Source of the DNA: Camelus ferus
Lineage: Eukaryota
Length of the DNA stretch: 64,000 nucleotides
Reading direction: 5' to 3'
Assembly: GCF_009834535.1 (NCBI RefSeq)
Contig: NC_045696.1
Span: forward strand, 82,834,001-82,898,000
Both the position numbers and the translations under genes were made by a program. Of the stretch, positions 1-13,571 are shown piece by piece. The notes under the pieces are model-generated. The model did not search any database. It saw nothing but the letters and a program-made list of their open reading frames with translations, and had not been told where the DNA came from. Within the stretch, counting starts at the first letter, position 1. Each line of letters opens with the position of its first letter.

Positions 1-1559
1 GATTCCATGTACCGTTTGAATGATGGTCTATGACAAGCCTGGCACACCAGGGTGAGGGGGACCATTCCCGGAGAGAGAGGGCAAAGCTAGGATGAAACTG
101 TGGTCTCAACCAAAGGCGCAGGCTGGGCAGATGGTGCTAAGTGATCTGGGGAAGACCTGATCCTAAAGTAGCAACTGTAATGTCTAGTGCGATGTTTAAA
201 GCCTTGTAAGACCTAATTGCCAAAATACCTGACTCTTCTGTGCTCTCCATTTTGCCTGAACTGCACCTAAGATCGTTTTCATTTCTCTCTTGCTTGGCAT
301 TATGTCTGCCTAAATTTTTTCCTTCAGATTGCCCACATCCAATTGCATTCATTAGAACTTCGCTAAATGCCAAGTTTCCCATGGTTTTCTTAATTCCCTT
401 TTGAATTTTTTTTTTTGAGACAAACCTAGATCTTGTTAAAAAACCCTCCCACTGTGTCTTCTGTTACTAAAAAGTAATTAAATAAAAAGTGAGGTTTGGA
501 TCTATCTATCATTTAATTCGAAATTACATATGAATATAGAGAGGAAAAGTGACTTTGAAAGATCAATTCTCAAATTTTGATTTAAGAACTGTGTTATTAG
601 CTGAAATAATATGAACTGAGTCCATTCTTTTGACCTTTCCAAAGTCTAACCTAGTCAATTATTGCAGCAGAGCAGGGAACCAAAGAATGGCTTTGAATCA
701 GTCAGACCCAAACTGATTTAAGTTTGCATGTGGTTAAATAGACATTAGTTAAAAATAATTAATGCTGTCTTTGACCTTTGAAATGAGGAAGGACATTCAT
801 GGCTCTCCCCTGACTCCCACTCCATACATGTGAATCTACTTAACTCATTTCATTACTTAAAATAGAGGACATTTTAGTATGCCTTGATATTAAATATCTT
901 AAATAACATAAGCAAAGTTGTATTCTTCCTAAATGGATGCTGTCAACACTTTCCCTTGGATATTTAGGGCCTACATTTTTCACAGCTCACCAAGCTAACT
1001 TTTGAAAACATGTATATATTGAGAGTATGTTTTATGAAATAACCACTGATCAAATCTCTTTAGCACAGTTTGGCAAGGTTCTCCCCTTGGGTATTAGGAG
1101 AAGATCATTGATCGTTCCCCTTCCAGGTTTTAATAAGACCCAGAAATGGATGCAGTTATGTTGTTGTGTTTGTCAAATATATAGTGTTTTAGGGAGGAAT
1201 TTCTGAAATGCATCACAATGCTTTGCTTCCAGAAGGAAGAAAGATGTATTTTCTTTCTCCCTTTCTTCCCGTCATTTTTCCTTCTCCACCAGTCACCACT
1301 GCAGCGTGAACAAGGGGCCCCTATCATCGAGAATTTGCTCAACTACTGCTGGGGTGGAGACAGAAGGGAAGCAGTAGAAGTTTTCCCAAAGCAGGCTCTA
1401 AACAAACAGTAACCCATAATGTCGTTTTCATCTCATCCTCTATTGTTTCCAACATTAATTTCTAGTTCAGGTATATCTGGGGGGTTCAAAAAGTGCACTC
1501 TATGTTTTCCCAAATATCAGAGTTTTACGTCGACAAATGGAAGACCAGTACAGATGACA

Positions 1560-1830
1560 TAAGAGACACCTGTGAGACTGGCACGTAGGAGACTGTCAGT
1601 AAGTATTTAGTGAATGAGTGAATAAACGAGCCTCATCTGGGCCTTCATACAGGCCAACCCTTGTTCCCTCTTTCAGAAGATTCTTATTTGTCCACTGGGT
1701 TTCATTTAATTGTTACTTCACTGGAAAAACTTTCCTGACTGCTCTTCACAGGCTAAATTATGTCCCAATTATTTGTGACCATAGCACACTAAGCTTCTAC
1801 CATATCTTTTATCAAATTTTATTGGGATTC
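1560..1830 (+). mobile_element. L2 3' fragments
   Basis: CTGGCACGTAGGAGACTGTCAGTAAGTATTTAGTGAATGAGTGAATAAA is a typical L2 terminus. Confidence 0.55.
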
Positions 1831-1982
1831 AGTGTTCAGCGCCTACCTCCTCAACTGCCCAGGCCTATTATGTGTGGTGTTCTGTCCCCACCTCCCAGTG
1901 CAGTAATTGGCAAAAAGGCACTTGAACCTGAAAAGGTCAGAAGGAAGAGTGGCCAGGAAGTAGATTTCTACTGGCAAGAGCC

Positions 1983-2027
1983 AAAAACAAAACAAAACAA
2001 AACAAAACAAAACAACAACAAAAAACA
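1983..2027. repeat. (AAAAC)n microsatellite
   Basis: aaaaacaaaacaaaacaaaacaaaacaaaacaacaacaaaaaaca. Confidence 0.9.
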
Positions 2028-4789
2028 GTGGGTAAAGTCTGCAAAGGGAAACAAGTCCATGTGAAGGAAGGGAAGAAATGAGATAAAGAGATGCTCAGAA
2101 TGGAATGAGGGGAAGGGAACTACTTTGCCATGGCACTGTCACACATCCGCCGTGGATGAAGTAAGTTAACAAAAGAGAAGTAAAGACTAATTTACAGCAA
2201 TAGTAACCAGAATTTAAAAAAAAAATGTTGGAACAAGGAGGATTTCATCCACCTGTTTTTATGTCTGACCTCCCCACCGCCCTCCCCTGCACCAGTCAAG
2301 GGGAGAGCAAGTGAAATGAGAGTTTGATATGAGGGTTTGATTTAAGATTTGCATTTTCCCCCAAGGCAAAATCCTACTTTGTAATAAGTAAATACGAAAC
2401 ACATAAACTTTTCTAATAAAGAAGACGTCCATTGTTATGAGTCGGTCCCACCAACCTGACGTCATCTTTTATTGTCCTGAGAGGCATAGGTAGTTTACAT
2501 AGTTTTTAAATCACGTTTGGTTTGCTTTAGCGTTCACACACATATATTTTTAAAATCCAGTTTAATGTCAGTGAGTAGAATCTATGCTTTAAGATGTCCA
2601 TGAAAACATGCCCTTTACATCATTTTGCACAAAGGGGACATGATTTGGTATTTGTTTTAACAAATCTGCCATCGGTAGAGATGTGCTTTACCACGGACTT
2701 TTTACTCTGCCTCCAATTAGAAAACTATAGCTCATGAGAAATGTCAGAGAAGGATCAACGATAAATCAAATACATGTCCCAATTTTACGTTGTTACCAGC
2801 TCCTTGGACTAGGGTTGGGGGTGCAAAATATAACGTCTGCTCTGGCACAGAGCCAAGCCAGGGCTCTTATAAAGGGACGGTCATTCTCAAAACTCTTTAA
2901 CCCTTAGTCTCTATTGAGCTCATCACTTCAGAAACCTAAACTGGCTGCTTCTTAGTTTGAACACATAAAACGAGCATGCACACGCTCATCACTCTGAAAG
3001 TCCATTTGCCTTTCGGCAGGTAATTCTCAGAAGCACCTATAAGAATAGAGAATGTTATGATGCAAATTTCAGCTTCTTGAGACTCTAATGTGGATTATCT
3101 GGCTTTAAATGCACATGATCTGCAATGGTCACTAACATTCTGATTGGGATAGCCTGGACTCGATGAAACATGACTACAGTCCGAAGCGGCAGGGAGTCTG
3201 TCCTGAAACCTCTGAAACCTTGGGCCGAGCAGACACCGTCTGGAGGGGACTGGGACACAATGGCACCTCTACTCATTTATTATATGATAGGTCACACATA
3301 GCACTTTATTTTTACTTGAAGTGTGAATGCATCTCATTTTTGGTTTTCGCTCTCATTACCACTGAAGCATGATCCTTGCTATCAAAACTTCCCAGTAAGT
3401 AATTCCAAAATGAGAAAAAAGATTAATACGTGTACTAAGCAAAAATCACAATAAGACCATGTTCATATTAAAGCTTGCTGAAAATTTGAAGCATTCTTGA
3501 ATGAGGGGGGTGTGTGTGTGTGTTTATGTATTTATCACAAACCATTTTGTGTCTCTATAAACTGGTTTTCAGACTAAGGCTTTTTTGTTTTTGCTGTTAT
3601 TTTTTAGTTTTTCTTTCCTCTTACTTAGAAAATGGTATCTCAGGACATATGATAACTGAGAATTGGGAAGGAAACACAGCTTATGAGCATCAAGTGAGAC
3701 GTAGTTATAAAATGCCATCTCATGTAGGTCAGTCATATTTAAAATTATGTTTCCTTTAGCGAAGAATGTACCCACTGATAAGCTATCTCAGATAATCAAT
3801 GGGCATAGCTTCCTGTGAGCTCTACTCATGCTGAGTCCCTGTCGTTAGTTATAGCAATAGGAGAGAAGGAACTTGAAATACCCTCTTCGATTTGATAACT
3901 ATAGAATCTCGGCTACATACAAGGTTTAGCCAGAGAGCATATTGGTTTCAGCAGACTATGGTAAAGTTAATTAAGGATGATTAATGGAGCATTTTCCTTC
4001 CAATGATATCTGTGACAGAACAAAGCTGTCTGAGGCTTGTCAAGCAGAATTTGAGTTGAATGAGTATTTATGTGATCAAATCTGAAGGCTGCCTCTTGAC
4101 AGAGCGAGGATTCATCAATCAATCGCTCTGGCTCGCAGTGGTGGGAAATTGGGCTATTCCAGTAGGTTCTGCTCCCATCCCCCATTTTTTTTCATTCAAT
4201 CATCCCTCAGGCTACAATGCATCTTTAGCTTTTACCTCTGACCACCTTAAGGGCTATCAGAGAAAAGTAACGGCAAGAGTGAAAACATCTATTATGATGG
4301 TTATTTCTCAGCTGAACTCAGGCAATTGATTTCTGTTAAGCAGAGGGTTATAAAGTGACACAGGGCTGTGCAAGGAATTAATTGGCATTAATAAAAGTTA
4401 TTTTACAGCCTGACGAGAAATGATTGTGGGCTTAGTCAAAAACTATCTATCACATAGCTGTACCCTTTTGGTGCATGTACCTTTTTTCCTTATAAAATTG
4501 GCAGCCATTTCTTATGCTTCTGTAAAGTCAGTTAATTCTAAGAATAGACTAAAGAACAAACACAGCTTATACTTCAGGTTTTTGCTTTCAGCCATATTCT
4601 AGGATGTGCAGTGGTCAGATCTGGATTCTACATGTGATGGCCACTCACCCTGCAAGGAGAGGCAGAGCTGACCAGGTCTGCCCGGACAGTGGGCTCATTT
4701 TCACTCGGGATACGCAGAGTCTTGTTTAATTACAATGGAACAGTGGCAGTGCAGAGATATGAACAGGGATTAACCGAAATTGCAATATT

Positions 4790-5010
4790 CATTTTGGAAA
4801 GTTTATTTACACAAATAATTTCCCATGCATTATTTGATTTGATGCTCACAGACAGTTTATGCAAACAGGGGAGCTGTAAGGATTTCTATTAAATAGATGT
4901 GGAAACTGAGGTTGCAAGAAATTTCATAACTTGCTAGAATGATACATCTGTACCTGGCTGAGCTGGGACATGGGTTCAAATCCAGTCGCTCCTGCCACAC
5001 CCTTCTATCT
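4790..5010 (-). mobile_element. MIR SINE
   Basis: ATAGATGTGGAAACTGAGGTT...AACTTGC...GAGCTGGGA...TTCAAATCCAG (MIR core, reverse). Confidence 0.7.
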
Positions 5011-7122
5011 CTTTTGTGGACTGTGGTCTTTTTTGGGTCATGGCTAACTGCCTGTTTGCCCTCTTGAATAATGGCCCGGTATTTGCACCCAGAATCGAAG
5101 TGCAATCATGTAAGTTTGTCATGATCAAAGCCACTTGAGCAATTTCAGCCTGCTATTATGTGAGCCGATGCTGTATTTACTTCGGAGGTTGAATGACTGC
5201 AACTAGGAGTAGAATGTTCCAGGCACAGAGAAGCACAAGACTTCTGGCGATTTTAGGAGTAACACCCAAATTGCATATAGTCTCTTCATAGTGTCAATAT
5301 GAGAAATACACAAACGAATACAGCTTCCCAGAAGACTGGCCTTAGGACTCCAGAGGCATGTTGTTCAGATGAAAAAAATATATGCATACATGCCATGCTA
5401 TTGTTATTATTTAGTGAGATGTTTATAAAGAGGCATTTTGGAGGATTTGGTTTTTGTATAGTAGAGAAGATAATTTTTCGGTTATTTATCAGAAAACTTC
5501 ACTTATTTCCCAGATCATGTTTATTCATCTTGAAATATTTATTGATTTTAAATCTACATTCTCACCACGATTGGAAAGTACATATAAGTAAACATACAAT
5601 TTTGGTTCATGTTTGATTTTACATAACAGTGTTTTAGTCATTTACCAATACTATATTAGTATTTGGGGGAAAAGTTTTGTTACCTTTGTTGTGTATTTTC
5701 AGAGTGCAAAGTGAAATACAAAAAAGGAAATAAATTTAATGAAAAGATTGCCATTGGATTAGATCAGTTTCATTTGATATTGGTTTCTCTTTAGTTATAC
5801 TTAAACATAAATGCTGATTAGTTCTTTGTGTCTAAACTATAACAATGAGTTTAGATTTGTAAAATTTTTTTGCAATGAATGATTAATATTCCAAAAATTC
5901 AGAATAGGCCTTAGCTTCTCCACCCTGTTATCCTTAAAAGTGATATTAAATATTTTTTTAATTTAGTATTTTTCTATAAAAATATTGAAAGATCTTGATT
6001 TCATTTGTTTTCCCTTTTCATACTTTTTTTTGTATAATAATATCAAAGACCTCTTTTGTGTTTGTAAACATTTTTTAGACTGACAATTCTTCATTCTATA
6101 AAATGTTTTAGGACATGAAAACTGATTTTAGCTTTAGAGGAAAATCCAAAGAACAGAGAGAGTTAGTCCAAAGACACAGAGAACTGAACTCTTCAGTCCT
6201 TAGTTTATCCACTCTGCCCGTCTGATGACATTGACAATGCCAGCGCTGTCCAGCAAATGCAGAATAGGGAACTATTTTTTCTCTTGTCACATGCACTGTA
6301 TTTCTAAGGACTCTCAGACAGTAGTAGCTTTATGGGTCATCATATCACAGTCTGAGCTATAGAATTTGCAGTGAAACAAAATCCTTATCTCTGTGTCATA
6401 TGAACTATGATTGTCAGTTCTTTCTCCCCTCAGGATTTGGGCAATTAATTTTTTAGATGTAAGTTCAGGATTAAATTTTAAAAGTTAATTTAGACCTATA
6501 GCTCTGACCTGGGGAGATAATTTAATATCTAGATGCTGTTATTTCATAGTTTTCTTCTTTTACCCCAGGCCTACTCCCTTTCTTTGGTTTCCATCACTTT
6601 AGCATCCCCTCCTCACTTCATCTGAGTCACTGATAAAATGATGAAAGAAATAGAGCAATTTCCAGGTTGCTGTTGAGCCACTGATTGTCCCTGTTTGCAT
6701 ATCCTTGAGCTCCAATATCCCACAGACTCCAATGATTAAAGTGAGTAAACAAGATATCACTTTCATATCTTGGATGAATGCATATGCCATTTTCCAAATT
6801 AGAGTAATTAGTAGTTAGAGTATAGGTAATAGTAATCAGGGTGGGTTTTTCAGCAGGTTTGGTGAAATGCACTGCAATTGCAATATTGATACTCACACTA
6901 TCTGTGAAAGTACTCCCAACGGGGTAGACAATTTGGTTATTCATTGGACATCAATCATTTGGCGAGCTGGACCCGTTTACACTTTCTTAGTTGATCCTAC
7001 ATGATCCAAAGCGAATATGGCAAGACACTGGTTTGGCAGCTGACAATTTAAAAATGAAAAGGAATGTCCATGCATACTTTTTGCATGTTCTTTTACAACA
7101 GTATCCACATTCTTTTATAACA

Positions 7123-7282
7123 TTTTCTTTTTTTTTTATTTTTAAAAAAAAAATTTGGGAGGAGGAAAGCAATTAGCTTTTTTTCTTTTTAAATTAATTT
7201 TTTTCATGGAAGTACTGGGGATCAAACCTGGGACCTTGTGCATGCTAAGCATGCACTCTACCACTGAGTTATACCCTCCCCC
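7123..7282 (-). mobile_element. Camelid-type tRNA-derived SINE with TSD
   Basis: The minus strand reads GGGGGAGGGTATAACTCAGTGGTAGAGTGCATGCTTAGCATGCACAAGGTCCCAGGTTTGATCCCCAGTACTTCC (Pol III A/B boxes) plus an A-rich tail. TSD TTCTTTTATAACA at 7110-7122 and 7283-7295. Confidence 0.9.
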
Positions 7283-8239
7283 TTCTTTTATAACAGTTTC
7301 AACTGGGTTAATTACAGGATAATAGAACAGAGCAAATTGGTCATAATTCTTATCACATGGAAGGCATGAGAGTATGGGTAAAATTTTTTTGATTAAAATT
7401 AATTGAAATTTTGGAAAATGCTAAGAAAATTCAGAGAGGAAAAATTATATATAATAGATAAAAATATATATAGAAACATATAAATAGGAATATACATATT
7501 ATATATTCCTTTAAAATATGGGTATTTATATCTGAATAGTGTCATGTCTGATATATTCTACACACTACCTTGAATTGTGAAACATGTTTTACAAGATTAT
7601 AATCAAGAGGTGTGGGCTCTGTTATTCTAATACAATATTTCTAGAAAAATATCTTGAATTGGAAACAAACAAACAAACATTAAAACATGGGTTCTCAGTG
7701 AAAAAGTTGAGTCTTCATTCCAGACCTACAACGAATCCTTGGCTGTTATCTCAAAGTGCGTGCCTAGAGTTTTGCATCGTTAGGTTTACTTAGTGTCTAA
7801 ACAATCTAGTAAGTAAACCTTTCTATTTTAAGGCCAGACGGAATCAGCAAAGATGACAACTATTTGATACCATTGAAATGTCACTTGCAGACTTATTCTA
7901 ACCACCCTAGTCTTTAACCGCAACATACCTGCATTTTTTCCCCAATTTTTCTAAGCAATGCAATGTCTTTACAGTTTAAAAAAACCCCAACAAACAGATT
8001 TTGATACTTTTGCTCATCTTCTCTATTTTTCACAATGTGACAAAGATATTTTTTCTTTCTCTTTTCACCCTATCTCTCTCTGCCCCTTTTCACTAACTGT
8101 CTCCCTACCTTCTCCCACCACCCAAAACAAAACCACCTCAATATGTTACTCTTCATCTCATCTCCAGCCTCTAAGACAGAACTCTGCCCTCCTCCATTTT
8201 ATCGGGTCAATCTTACTTTCTTTTAGGTTTTGATTTAGA

Positions 8240-8460
8240 CCTGCCTTTATCTGGGAAATCTTACAGATGCGCTTTGCCTTCCACCCCCACCCCTGGTAGA
8301 GGCAGGTGCTCTTCTGTGCTCCCTCAGACTTGACAGTGCTCCCTTATGTGTCTGCATCCACCAGCATACTGGACACTCCATGAAGCCCAGGTCTATGGCT
8401 GCCTTGTTCATGGCCACATAGCCTGGCATGTAATGGGGGCTCAATAACTAATAAGGAACA
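8240..8460 (+). mobile_element. L2 3' fragment
   Basis: CTCCATGAAGCCCAGG...CTTGTTCA...GCCTGGCATGTAATGGGGGCTCAATAA. Confidence 0.65.
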
Positions 8461-8974
8461 AGAGAAAGCAAGAAAAAAGAGGGGAGAGGAACAATGCCAT
8501 TTTGTAGAAAAATATTTTAAGAACTCTCTTAAATGCAACTTCAGATGCAGCACAGCTACCTACCAGGAATCTGCAGTAGAGGTGGGCAAGGAGTTAGCCC
8601 TCCAGATGTGAATAGTCCTCCTGTTTAGTGGCTGAAACAGTGCACCAAATTACAGACTTCTTATTTGTCAAATCAGCCACTTTCACACATGCTGCAAGTC
8701 TGAGAGCAGACTTGGCTCCCGAGGAAGGTGGATTTCTGTTGATACACAACATAATTGGCTCCAGCACCTTCTTCCCAATTACCAGGCTTGTCATTTGTAC
8801 TGGTTTTGCCTCTTTATCACTCACTGTCCATCTTCAAGCCATGAGCTGAGGACCTGGGCTGCTTAGAAGGATCATAAAATCTACTCCAAGTGTCCCTGAA
8901 TTAAAGCCTTTACCTTTCTTTCTACATTGGCTGAGGTACCATGATTAAGAGAACTGGCACCTGTTTAGGAACAA

Positions 8975-9140
8975 AAACCTCTGTCAAATCTTGGCTTCAT
9001 CATATATTAACATGTGACCTTGGACAGATCACTTCTCTGACCTGTATTTTCTTCGTCTGTACAATTGCTGCCCTATGTTCAGGTTTTTGAGATAATCAGA
9101 CTCATGTGAAAATGTGATGCAGGCTCTAAGCACTACTGAG
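8975..9140 (+). mobile_element. MIR SINE
   Basis: CAAATCTTGGCTTC...TGTGACCTTGGACAGATCACTTCTCTGACCTGTATTTTCTTCGTCTGTA. Confidence 0.65.
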
Positions 9141-11427
9141 GTCCCAAAGTGATGCAAATTGACCACAAGATCGTAGACTCTAACTTGTCCATCAAGAGGG
9201 AGATTGAGATTCCTCTATCATGAGAAATCAATCATAATTTAGGAGGCTTTCCTCAATTCTGGAATTATAAAATGGGACTCAGAATTGGGGGCTGTCTATA
9301 TAAAGAGATATTTGTAAGTGCCCTCTTTTGTTTTGAGTACCTCTGGAAAAGGCCTCCTACTTTATTGTTTGCTACTCGAAAACGTTACCCAGATTTTTAA
9401 AATACCTTGAGTCTTGAATGTTTAAATTTAGATTATATTTATATTATGGTTGAGCCCCATTCTTTCCTTGCCTAGATATGTGAATACTATTTTTGTGTGC
9501 GGGTAAGCTTAAAAATTGACTGTCTAAATATTTAACCAGAGTTATTTTAAAAGAATTTCATTATTTATCTTCTTTATGATTTATATTATCACATTCTGTG
9601 TCTGTAGTTATGGTTTATCATAAGCAGCCCATCTGCTACAACAGCCAAATTGGAACATTCATATAAGATGAGTTCAGATATCATAAACATGACAAGAGAT
9701 GGATTACATTTAGTCTTTCTCCATGTTTAACCAATTTAATTTGTTTCCTATGCAGAAGAGGCTCTAAATTTACTTAATATATGTTAGCACTTAGGAACAT
9801 AGTTAGAAACAAGGCGAAGGTCTTAACCTATTCGTAAATAAATGAGAAGATTCCTGTCGGAGTGAAAGAGAGAGAGAGAATTTATGTCAAACAATCAGGA
9901 ATTTAATACATAGTGGTCTTTTAGGATGTCCAGTTTGTGTACATACTCTTAAGGCGTGATTACGAATAACTTCACTTCCTATAAACAATGTGACTGGAGA
10001 AATTACTCACAGATACAACAAAAAGGGGAAGAAAGGTAAGACGTTTTAACTAAAGCCAATAAGTGAATTACTTTCCCTGAAAAGGTTAAAAATGGCAGAT
10101 TTATTTTTCGTTGCCATAATATTTGTCTTTGTTGGGCCAGCTATCTGAGGTATTCTCCAGAAGATTCAGAGCTCGTTGAGACGTCACCGCGTGACCCCAG
10201 GTCCAAAGTCACAGCAGAGTCCCGAAGGATTTTTCCCTTCTGCAGTTTGGGGACTCAAGGAACCTTAACTGAAGGCTAAGTCTGTTGGCTGAATGAAAGT
10301 ATTGATAGCGCTGTAGGGAAAGCTTTCAGCGATTATACTGGATTTCCCTCTGCCCTTGGTAAAGGTCAAGTAGAGGACTTTTTAGTGCAAGCAAAAGAGT
10401 CATTCATTTTTCACTCTTTAGGTAAAGGACTTATGTCATATTATTAGTGAAAATGTGATTAACTGTTAAAGCAACATAGGTCTTAATGATCTATAAAGCC
10501 ATTTCTCTCAAAGTTATGGATTCATTGCTCTGCGGTACTAAATATATGTTGTTCTAGGATCGTACAAGTCATGAATACTAAAAATAAAAATAAACATATT
10601 TCTTTGATGATGATTTATTACCAAACAATTTGGAGCTAATACATTCGCATTATAGGATGCAAATACAAATGTGACACAACTGAGTGGGCCTTTAAGATGA
10701 AGTGTCATTACTTCAGGAAATATGGGCTGTGCCTCAACTTCATCACAGCCTTTGCAACATAATGTTTTGAGAGCCTGTGACTGATGTTTCCACTTGCAGC
10801 AGTTGGGTTCTTAAGTCCCGTACTTAGTGAGAGAATGGTTTCATTCAGCCTCGTTGATGACCTAAAAACCCACATGTGGGGATATTACATGCCATTGTGA
10901 ATTAGAATTTGAAGTTGGTAAATGGGATTGGGTGGCTCCTCTCAGGTAGGACACTGAGTTCACAGTGAGCAGGATGCAGAGGAACGCTGGCAGACTCGGC
11001 AAACAATGGTACCACGATCCTGTGTCCAGAAGAACAGGCACCCCTCCTGTTCTGGTGTTAGCATCCCGGATGTACCTGGTGGTTATTTTTCTGTATCAGG
11101 ACAGAGCTGTCCAGTGACCCCCAGATTACTCAGCAAAGTAAAAAGCTCTGCAGAAGTTGAGTCTGTGTATGTCAAGTTGACCTCGTTTTCTTCTTTATGT
11201 CTCTACTTCTTCTCTTTCGAGGTCCACAACTTCTTATTATCACTTCATTTCTCTCATTCTTTCTTCCGTTTACTGTCTTTATCCCCTCTACTTTTCTTTC
11301 TTTTATTTTTGTCTCCCCTCTCCTTTCCCCATTTCATCCTGTTTCTTGCTTTCTGAATCAGGTGGTGAGCTGACATCAAGTATATTAATAGTTATATTCT
11401 TGGCACTGTTAAGAACTTGCTTAAAGG

Positions 11428-11773
11428 CTGCACAGCATCCCAACCAGGAGGGCTGGAGGTAGTGCGGCTGCCCAGGTTTCATCCCAGCCAGATCCATGGA
11501 CATGCGCATTCACACAGACAACAAGCTGGGTGCCTACCTTGAGGACCTGATCACCAAGGGGGAATAAGGGGCCCGGAGCCAGAGATCAGCTCCCCTGCCC
11601 CTCAAGGCAGAGTTCCCGTGTGTGGGGGAGGGGGCATTTCATTCACAGATTGGTGAATAATGAAATTGGTTTGATTCACATGGGACATTTGTGCTTTTAG
11701 AGGAAAAGAGACTCTGATTCTTTGAATCTTCCTCCGTAAGTTTATAAATATATTTTTTTAGAGGAAAAAAAGA
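11428..11773 (+). pseudogene. 5'-truncated retroposed insert (probable processed mRNA 3' end), parent unidentified
   Basis: Flanked by a perfect 17-bp direct repeat AAGAACTTGCTTAAAGG (11411-11427, 11774-11790). The junction TT|AAGAA resembles an L1 endonuclease site. TATAAA (11743-11748) precedes an A-rich tail, and the 5' half is GC-rich. Confidence 0.7.
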
Positions 11774-13571
11774 AAGAACTTGCTTAAAGGAAAGAGGTTT
11801 TCTGGTATCAAGAGAGAACCATGCTCCTTAAGACTGAATATGTGACTCTTCCCCAATTCTTGTTTCAGTCTTGCTGATTGCTCGAGTCTAAATGGATCAT
11901 TATTGTCTCCTCAATTTTTTTTCTGTTGGTACAATATGAATAATAAGATAGTTAAGATGGTATTTGTGCAACGGCCTTTAAAAAATAACTTTGCAAGTGG
12001 AAAGGAGGACAAAAGGAAGCAAATGATGGAGCAAAGTACACATTATATGAGCACTGCAGACGGCTCTCTGGGTTAGATGGCCCCAGCGTGCGTCTAATTT
12101 ATGTAGCTGATAACCCAAGTTAACAGACAGCCTGGCACTATTATGGAGGTAATATTTTCTCAAGGATGTACAGTCTTAAACAACTTCTTCCTGTATTAGG
12201 TTCATACATGCTTTTCTTTAACATAAAGCAGGTATGTCTGTTCTCTTGTTCCATTTCATTTTCTTGGAAAAATAAATTTATTGCAAGCCAGCTGAATGGA
12301 AATTCTGCTTACTGTTTACGACTGAAGTTGCTCTCCCCCTCTCCTGTATTACCCAGGGAATTCGTTCAATATAGAGTCTAATTCCACACCCATTTCTTTA
12401 TTTTGCCCCTCTCCATCCTTCTTTTCAGGGTTCTGTTTCAAAACCTATATTGCCACAGAGCAGCTGGTAGCACTTAGCAACCACCTGCACAAGTAGTTCT
12501 GTTTCCAATGGAAGAAAATTTAGCTTACATAAGGCAAAAAAACTGTAAGGTGTCGGCTTTTCCATTTTTATTTGTATTTGTGTACATTTTCTTACTCATT
12601 GATGAATGTTCTGCTAAGTGAAACTTAACTCCTTGGTAAAGAATGAGAAACGGTATGGTATAGCGGTCATTTGTTTCCGTAAGGTTTGGTTAAATTGAAA
12701 CTCTGTCAGTAAGGCGAGAGGTTGATCATAGCCAGGAAGAGACTCTTAAAATCTGTAACTTCTTTGATGGGTGAGAAGGCACCCTCTTGAATTGGAAACT
12801 TCTACCACAATTTTCCAGGCAATGGTCCCTATTGAGGACTTTGACAAGCACCGTGATGTGTGCTGGGTTCCCATGAAAGGCATTGTACAGTCAGACTTTT
12901 CATACCTAACAGTAAATAAATTACCTTCCTATTGCTTGGGAATAAGTTTAAATCTCTACGTTTTTATTAAATTGTTCACATAACTATACACTGAATATTG
13001 ATCGTAACTGCACTAGCAGTGACTAATGTGTCAAGTGGTGACTTTTCTTAAATCAAGGTAGCTATTCTGTAAATGAAACTCCAACCTAAAAGCCGGCCAT
13101 CTACAAATAACATCTGATGACTAAGTTATGTAAAGCCAACTGCAGCTCATAAGTCATTTCTGCTGCTTACCCCTCTCATTTAATCCTCAGTCACCATTTT
13201 TTTCCCCTAGGTAGGTTGAACTGAATCAGAGGAAAGCTATGTCATTTGGCCAAGGTCACTTAGCTAGTCTTTGTAAACTCATCCACACTTCTGGCATAAT
13301 CATCTTTTGAGCAGAAGAGTTCAGCAGGTAATTTTGTTTTATTTAGGCTTAAAAATTTGGAGAAGCCACAGAATATAGTTATGTAGTTATTCTATCCAGG
13401 AATCTGAACAATGCATAAATGCTGGATTTCTTTTCGAATCCCACTGTAAGATGGAAAGGATTCTAGAAGAAATTTAATATGATATCATAGCTTTACAAAT
13501 TAACAAACCAAAATGTATGACCAAGATTACCCACTGGTTTATGGTGGTGCTGAGACTAGAATCAAATTAAA

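Noticed and set aside
1618..2064. 148-aa ORF
   Set aside because: It has a GTG start, overlaps L2 remnants and an AAAAC microsatellite, and has no recognisable domain.
2457..2464. Full CRE palindrome TGACGTCA (also at 18100-18107)
   Set aside because: These are isolated 8-mers without enough supporting context.
7208..7282. tRNA-like sequence
   Set aside because: It is followed by an A-rich tail and flanked by TSDs, so it is a SINE head rather than a tRNA gene.
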